Shown piece after piece: positions 56,956-64,000 of a DNA stretch of 64,000 nucleotides (the first letter of the stretch is position 1; each line of letters opens with the position of its first letter). The notes under the pieces were generated by a model that was not told the DNA's origin, did no database searches, and saw only the letters and a program-made list of their open reading frames with translations. Source of the DNA: Raillietiella orientalis (taxonomy: Eukaryota); contig JAYWIR010000093.1 in NCBI GenBank assembly GCA_036172245.1, positions 186,001-250,000 on the forward strand, written 5' to 3'. The position numbers were made by a program, and so were the translations under genes.

Positions 56956-59239
56956 GGAAACGGGCGGAAAGCGAAAGGAGGTACCCGGAAGCGGACGCAT
57001 TCGTCGCCGTGTTTTGACAGCTCCGCGTGCCCCGGGCCCGAAAACATCGCCATTCCGAGGGGTCCAGTGCTGGCCCGCCGCGCCGAGTCGTCGCGCGGAA
57101 GGAAGGGCGACCGACCGGAATGCGCCGCCTCCCCCGCCCGGGGAGGGGATCGGACGCGTGGGCGGCAGTCGACCCGCAATGCAAGGGATGCACGCGCTGC
57201 TTCTCCCGGGAGGCGAATCCGCGGCGACGGACGCACTCGCAGGTGAGACGCTCGTCCCCCCCCCCCTCCTTCCTACCCCCGTCCCCATGGCAGCGAGCCG
57301 AGACGCGCAAGCGGCGGCGAAGCCGCCCCTGTCGTGAATCCCCGCGCAGCCATCGCCCGCCCCGGGGCAGAGACGCCCGTGGCCGAAGTGGCTCCCGCCT
57401 GCAGCCGGAAAGTTGACGCCCGCGCACGCGGTGCAGGCGCGCGCGCCCTATCTCCAGGGCCGTGCTCGGGTGTTTGCCTTCCCTGCCTGCCTGATGGGAA
57501 CGGACGCCGCCCGATCGCCACGGCAAGCCGTCTTCCCGCATCGAACGTCTGCGTGGTAGGTACCCTGAGGCCTCCGGAGACCTCGGCCCCTGCTCTCCGC
57601 CTGCCTCCGTGCTTGCAGGGATCGCCTCTCTTTCGCGCAATCCGGGTTGACCGGTTTGCGCGTTTCGGCGTCGCTCTGAGACGTCGCCTCGCACCACGGA
57701 AGAACGTGACCCGGAGTCGTCTGCCACCGTCGTCGGAGCGCAGCTCTCCGACCGAACGCGTCCTTGTTGCTAGGGTGATGGAGACAACTCTGGAAGAGGA
57801 GGCAGAATGGGTGGCTCTTTGGAAACGAAGCCATCAGTTTCCTTCATGAATTCACCTCGAGCATCCAGAGACAGCAGCGAAAATTTGAGTTTTTCCCGAA
57901 CCAGTGCGAGCACCGTTACAGGGAGGTCGTCGTCCTGACCAATAGGACACTCCTGTCTACCACCACACCCGAAGCCTCCCGTGCATGCGCGGGTCGTGTC
58001 CTGGTTGCGAGGATGGTCTGCTGCGGAGCGTCCTCCTTCCCGTTCGCGGGGGACGCAAGCAAACCGCGCCTGGACCGGTGGGCTGTCGTGCTGACTCGTT
58101 GCGACCTCCTAAGGAGCAAAGTGGGTCCAAAGGACGCCGCCACGGTCGTCGTCAGCGTCGACGGTCTGTATCGACGCCGCTAGGGGGTCGTCAGAGGGAT
58201 CAACACCTGCTGGAGATTGGCGGAGAAACTGGACCTCGTCTGGTTGGGGGCGAGCCACGCGCTGGTCGACAAGCCCTGATCTCCGGAAACGCCGCAGCTC
58301 GCATCCTCGGTCTCTGCTCACTGGCTCACCGGCTCAACCCCGTCTTTGTGTGGGGCACTGTTCTGTCCCTACGTCCGAGACTGGCTCGGGCGCCGCTGGG
58401 CCCCTCTCTCTCGCTGCGTGGAGTCCACCTTGGCGGCCCCCGCTGTCGAACGGCGCCGAAGACCGGGATCGACCTGGTCTCCGGTCACGCAGCACGGAGA
58501 CGGGGCACCGCGCAGCTGGGCGTTTAAGTGGAGGCCTACCTCCGCGTGCTGGGAACAGCTTTAGAGAAGGCGCCCGGACCAGGGTGCAAAGGACGAGGCT
58601 GCGGAAGCTGATCACGAGCGTCCCTGGACGCGGCTCTGCCCTCCCTCAGTGCGGGTAACTTGATAGCGAGTTGCCATTAAGGAGTGAGGCACCCGGCTTG
58701 AGCCAGGGGCTCCGGGGAGAGAGGGGATGAGTCCGATCCACTCCAAGAGGTCCGCCGAGGCTTCCCCGGGTGGAGGAGCACTCTCGACGGTTCGGATGAG
58801 ACCCTGGGGAAGTCCCACCAGCCGTTGGGAAACCCTCAGCGCCCCTGCAAGAGCGCTACACAACGACCCCGAGGATCCCCGAAGACAACCTCAGGGATGG
58901 CGATGGGCGCCCCGCCGCGATGCGCATCCCTGGAAATTCCTTTCTGCCCGCTCAGGATCACGGTGTCCTGGAGCGTTAGGGTCGGGGGGAGGACCATTCG
59001 CTTTGCCCCACGCCTTCTGTGGAGGGCATCGAGATGGCGCCACCTGTGGAAAGTCCAAAAGGAAATCCCCAGAAGCCCCGAGAGGATGCGGAGGACGGCC
59101 TGCGGCTGTCTGTGACTCCCCCTCCCCTCATCTCTCTCTCTCCCCCCTCCGCAACCAAGGTCTCTTTCATTTTCTCACCAAGCTCCCTTCCGCGCACCGA
59201 GAGAGCTCTCAATCGTCCGAACGTGGGCGTAGGTTCTAC

Positions 59240-62200
59240 GGCCGCACCACCTATGCGCTGTTTATTTTTTCGAAAAAAAGGAAAGCTTCGGCGAACCCGA
59301 TTGAAACTCCACCCGCACAAGAAGGCATGGGGGGAGGGACTCCCGTTTTCAAGGCACCGAGTCGCCCGGGAGAAGGGGACTCGACGCGGAGGCCCGAGAG
59401 GGGATCCCTGGATGCGCGGCGGAGAGGGTCGAATCCCGGCAACCACGTTCCGTGGGGGAGGACTGCACGAGCGAGGAAATGAGCGGAGCCCGAATTCCAG
59501 GAATCGGGCAGCAGCAGCATGGCAGCACACATCAGCGACCGCCCCCTTTCCTCCGGAGCAGGAGGGCAGCACCCACTACACGGAGACCTACTTCCATCTT
59601 CCATCGGCCTATGAGGAGTGGGACGGCTCAAACCTGGGCGGACATACCGAGGCATCGCTCCGGTGGCTCCTCCCACGCACGCGCTCCCAGGCACTCTGGA
59701 AGAGTGCGCCCGGGGACGCGACCGTATCCTAGGTCCGTCGCCGGACCTCACCGGTATCCCGGAGGCTTCCACGGTATGGTCGACCACGCGAATCCTGCGA
59801 TTAGATTCCTGAGAAAGGTGGTCTCCAAGGAGGATCCCTAGGCACGCACGGCGACGGCGACCGCCGGATTCCCGTAGGTGGACGGCAATCAAGGAAGACA
59901 AGCGAGGGAAGACGGGTCTCCCGGGGACATGCCCTTGCTTTCGTGCTCTTCGCCCAGTAAGTGGACGCGGTGGCGCCATCGGGAACCACCGCAAAGACCT
60001 CGCTCTCCCTGGACATCGTCGCCCCACCTGGCGGTTCGTGGGGCCGACACGGTGGGCGACGCAGGGCGTTCCCTCCCACCGTCGAATACGCGCGCTCGGG
60101 CGAGCGGTCCAAATCCCTAAGCCGACGGAGTCCCCTACGCCGCCATTCCGAACCCGGGAGGACTCAAAGCGGTAGCTTATGGACAGTGGATCGGATTCGA
60201 AGCACCCGGGCGTCTATGCTGGCGATGAACGACCTTCCACTGGAGGACGCATGGCGGAAGATGCGTGACGAGGAGGCGACCCGGCAAAGAGTGGAGTACC
60301 TCTCCATGGAGGAGGAAGCCTACCTGGGGAACGACACGCCCGCAGCCAGCTGCCCGTTATTCGACCCCTGGGGAAGGAAGACCAAGCGCCTTTCCGCCGT
60401 CCGAAGAGATCTTCGATGATCGGGAAAGAGACCTCATTAGTCGCTCACGCGAAGCGAGAGGCCTTGCGGAAGGCGAGCCACGGGCAGGAGAGGGCGGGGG
60501 GGATCCCCAGCGCCTCAGCTTCTGGGCTGCGCGTGTTCTACCGAGCCTGCGCGACCAACGGCTCGATGTCCGCCCCGTTCGGGTCAACGGGGTGGCGCCG
60601 CTGCCCTATGGATCCCACATGGGAAGAAACGGAAGGCAGGAAAAGAGATTGGGAATCGATCCGGAAGGCGGGGGCAACCCTGCGTCAGGACAGGAGGCGG
60701 CGGTCCTCTCCCTGTTTGTCGGCGTGTCATCTGCTACGCGGAATCGCGCACCCGTGGGAGATCTCCTGCAAGGGTGGACCCAGTGGCCGTCACATATCTT
60801 GCAGCAGTGCTGTCTTCCCCGAGGGCAAGCGACTGCAACAGCCTACTGGCCGGGTGGAAGTCGTTCCGCGCCACCGAAGGAAACCCTCGATGGCTGCAAG
60901 ACGAGCGTCTTGGCGGACGACGACGCTCCTCGCCTGCGGGCAAAGAGACTCTCTCGACCTTTTCCGTTTGCAACCCTGAAGAGCTCGCGGTCCTTCGTTT
61001 GCACGCGGATGCGACGGTGCGCGCGGTTCGCTGGAGAAAGCACGCGATCCCATCCCGTTCCCGCGCTGAGTGGACTCCGGTGCAGCCGGCGGAGGAGGAG
61101 TTTCGTCCCCATGCTGTTCCGGGTTTCCCCCGGGCCACCTCCTCCTGATGGACTGCGGCGAGCACCTGGAGGAGGCTGCCTTTGGGCACTCCACAAACCG
61201 GAAGGCACACAGACCGGCACTCGCTGCGGCGTTTCTTCTCGCCACCGCGGAAGGCCCGAAGCAGGCGACGGATGATGCCGCGCCCGCGCCATCGCCGTAG
61301 CCCGCCGCTGTGCACTGGAGTTTACCGGGCGGATCCGCGGAGGGATGCTCCACACGCATGGCAGCTGCCCTGTTGTGGGCAACTGCGAAGTGCCTCGCTT
61401 CCAAGAGGAAGTTTGACCGCTCTCCCATCTGGAATCGGAGCATCAACGCCTCCCTTCTCCTTCCCCTTTGCTGCGGTCCCACGTGGTCCGAAAGCGTCTT
61501 TGACAAGATGGTCCCACGGAACTCCAAGAAAAAGTCGTCAGCCAGAGAGAGCACCAGCATTCAGCGCTAGCTCCAGAAAGGGGGGAGGGCTGCCACCAAA
61601 GACCACACGCCCTCTCTTTACCCTTCCCACCTTTTTCCAACCATTTTTTGTTCCCTCCTCGCCACTCTGGACTTTCTTAAAATCGGCGGCGTGCGTGCCG
61701 ATGGGACTTCCTTTCTCGCTGCTCTCTGTTCTTTCTGGGGACTCGACCCCCAGTGACCTGCACGTTTCAAAGCAACCTCCAGGCCTCACCGAGTCAAAAC
61801 GGCGCGAAATTGGCCCCAGAGCAGGAAGACACTCACCTTCGAAGAATGCGAGCCCCTCGCTACCAGCGGGGGACGCCCACGAAAGACGGGTGCCGGACCA
61901 CGAGCGCCAGCTGCAAGGGTGGATGACCCCACCGGACACGCGAACTCTTGCAAGGCCAGGACGTGCAGGGCACCACAGCCAACCCTCAAGCACGGGAGTA
62001 CCACATCTGATAGGGAAACCGCCGCCGCAGAAGCATTGGAAACGACGTGGAAGTCTCGGGCAACCGACCTGAACCCCAAGTGCCATCCCCGCCCGTTCCG
62101 TGCATATCCGAACTTTCTCTGGCGATCCGAGGCTGCCTTCGGATGGTGCATCAGAGGGATCCTGTGCGGAACAAGAACCGCAATCATCGTCTGCGCCTGT

Positions 62201-62500
62201 CATGGCGGTGAACCGAAGACGAGACCCATCTCTGCAATCGCAGAACCCACGTCCAAGACTGGAAAGTGGTGAAGCAGGCGACGCCGCTCCTGACCAGGAT
62301 CGGGATCCTGAGAAAACTCGTCGAGGGAGGGAGATGCGCCTCTTTGTGCAACCGCATGGTGAAGGTGCTCATCGCCTCCCTCACCAGGAGCATCCATCCA
62401 GGTCAGGAAGACCAAGCTTCTGAGAGGAGTAAAGATGAGTGGACCTTTTCAAACAGAGGGTCGGATGAGTTCCAGCCTGGATTCTCCTCTTCCCTCTCCA
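59240..62500 (-). mobile_element. Decayed L1/Tx1-like LINE relic F
   Basis: Motifs in the expected order: SPAGSEGL, LSLADDFFLEFRGTILSKTLSDHVGPQQRG, GVPKGSLL, SSGLQTEK, ACPRETRLPSLVFLDC. Minus-strand AATAAA at 59261-59266. Confidence 0.6.
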
Positions 62501-64000
62501 AAACATCCAAAAAGCAAACACTTTCCCTAGTGCAAGTTCCAACACAGTGAAACAACACGGTGTCGGAAGACAATTGTAGCGGGAAGAAGTTCCGTTTAAT
62601 GTTGCATTGGTAACAGAATGTTTGTTTCTTTAATTAATGAATTTTACCCCACCACCGCCAGTCGAAGTGAGGAAAAGATTAACATCTCGTACTGCGTTCT
62701 TCCTCAGCCACCCTATTTCGAACGTGGCTATTGGCTACGTAGCATTACAGGTGATTCCCGTAGCAGTGAAAATCTGATTTCTGCGTTGCATCAGTGAAGA
62801 ATCAGATTTTTCTACGAATTATTCTCTTAAAGTGCGAATGCATGTTAATAAAACCTCCGTGAATTCTCGCAACCTACGTGGACGAGGCTGTTTCAACGTT
62901 AATGTGTAGTAAAATCCCTTTGCACCAAAAGCAATTTTCCGAGATAGTGCGATGAAAGAAGTCCAGTTTGCGCGACTTCTAGCTGAAAACTTCCCCTTAC
63001 AATCAAAAGAAAATTATTTGGATCCATCGAAAGTTCTTCTTTTCTCTAATGATCAGTGTAATTAGTATAAGAATTAGAAAACACTGTTCCAAAGGTAAAA
63101 GATGATTTGTTATGACACCTTATTGGCAAACGATGTGCGCGTTCGTTCGGGAGTTTGCATGCTCCGTTAGCATTGGTTTGTCTTTTAGACAAGGAAATTC
63201 GGGCATTCCCAACCCCTTGTGGACTGATCTGGAAACTGTGGGTATTATCATTCAATCGATTTCATTACGTCTAAATCTACTAGTGCTGTTCGCATCATTG
63301 AACCATCGAGATGATGAATGCAAATAAAATCATAAAGTCCAACGAAAGTCAACTGCTATCTGATACCGTGTACATGTAAACACTGTGTTCTATATGTACG
63401 TACTCGTAATCATGACTTTTAGTACCCATTGTTTATGCGAATGTAATGGAATAAAATTTTAGGATATGTAATTTCCGTTCACCAGATTAATCCTAAAGCA
63501 AAATGAAAAAGCCTTTAGAGAGTAGATTGATTGCTATGCCTTAATCGTTTTCTCCTTCTAAAAAAAGCAATGAATAAAATCCGGAAAACTGAACGTGGCG
63601 AGGGAAGTTGTGGTACCTCGTCATCTGGGGTCTCAAACTCGCTCGCAATTTGAATCGGGGACTTAGCGTTGACCCGAGATTGCACGGAAGGACAGCAATG
63701 TTGAGTGACTATTAGAAGTGACAGTTTGAACTATGTGATGGTTCGTCAGCGATAATAATATGACTGGTGGGTGACAAATGGATGAGGATGACATCGTTGT
63801 TTTACAGGTTGGTAATGTGAAACAAACGCTTGGTTGAATGTTAGTCACTCTATTTGCAGATGTAATTAACATGTATGCATGCTATTGTTTCTAAGTGTTA
63901 AAAATAGTTATTGAAGCCACGCTTACGAATCGCCAAAGGTGGCCAGCGTACTCAGCGTATAAAATGTAATCGATTATTCTGAGTATATAAAGTACAAGTA

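Noticed and set aside
1..64000. tRNA, rRNA, snRNA genes or prokaryotic operons
   Set aside because: None recognisable by eye; a covariance-model search would be needed to exclude small RNAs.

Overview
Eukaryotic, probably arthropod, genomic DNA (inferred from spliceosomal GT-AG introns and a Methuselah-type GPCR). The core is GC-rich, with AT-rich patches near 6.7 kb, 8.3-9.1 kb and beyond 62.5 kb. Two intron-containing + strand genes can be rebuilt by hand. (1) A 5'-incomplete SLC7A14-like cationic amino acid transporter has 8 exons in the window (5413-24180), an apparent 1-nt frameshift and three tiny introns of 40-50 nt. (2) A complete 5-exon Methuselah-like GPCR (36713-45178, ~712 aa) has three tandem Mth-type ectodomain repeats. 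Much of the rest looks like heavily decayed L1/Tx1-like non-LTR retrotransposons, recognised only by eroded APE, RT and zf-RVT motifs. Around 46-57 kb these relics form head-to-tail arrays: a conserved 3'-terminal hairpin of one copy abuts what looks like the ORF2 start of the next, with no ORF1 between them. This is the most unusual observation here. Most long entries in the ORF track are probably spurious high-GC frames. All homology calls are by-eye motif recognition, not database searches.
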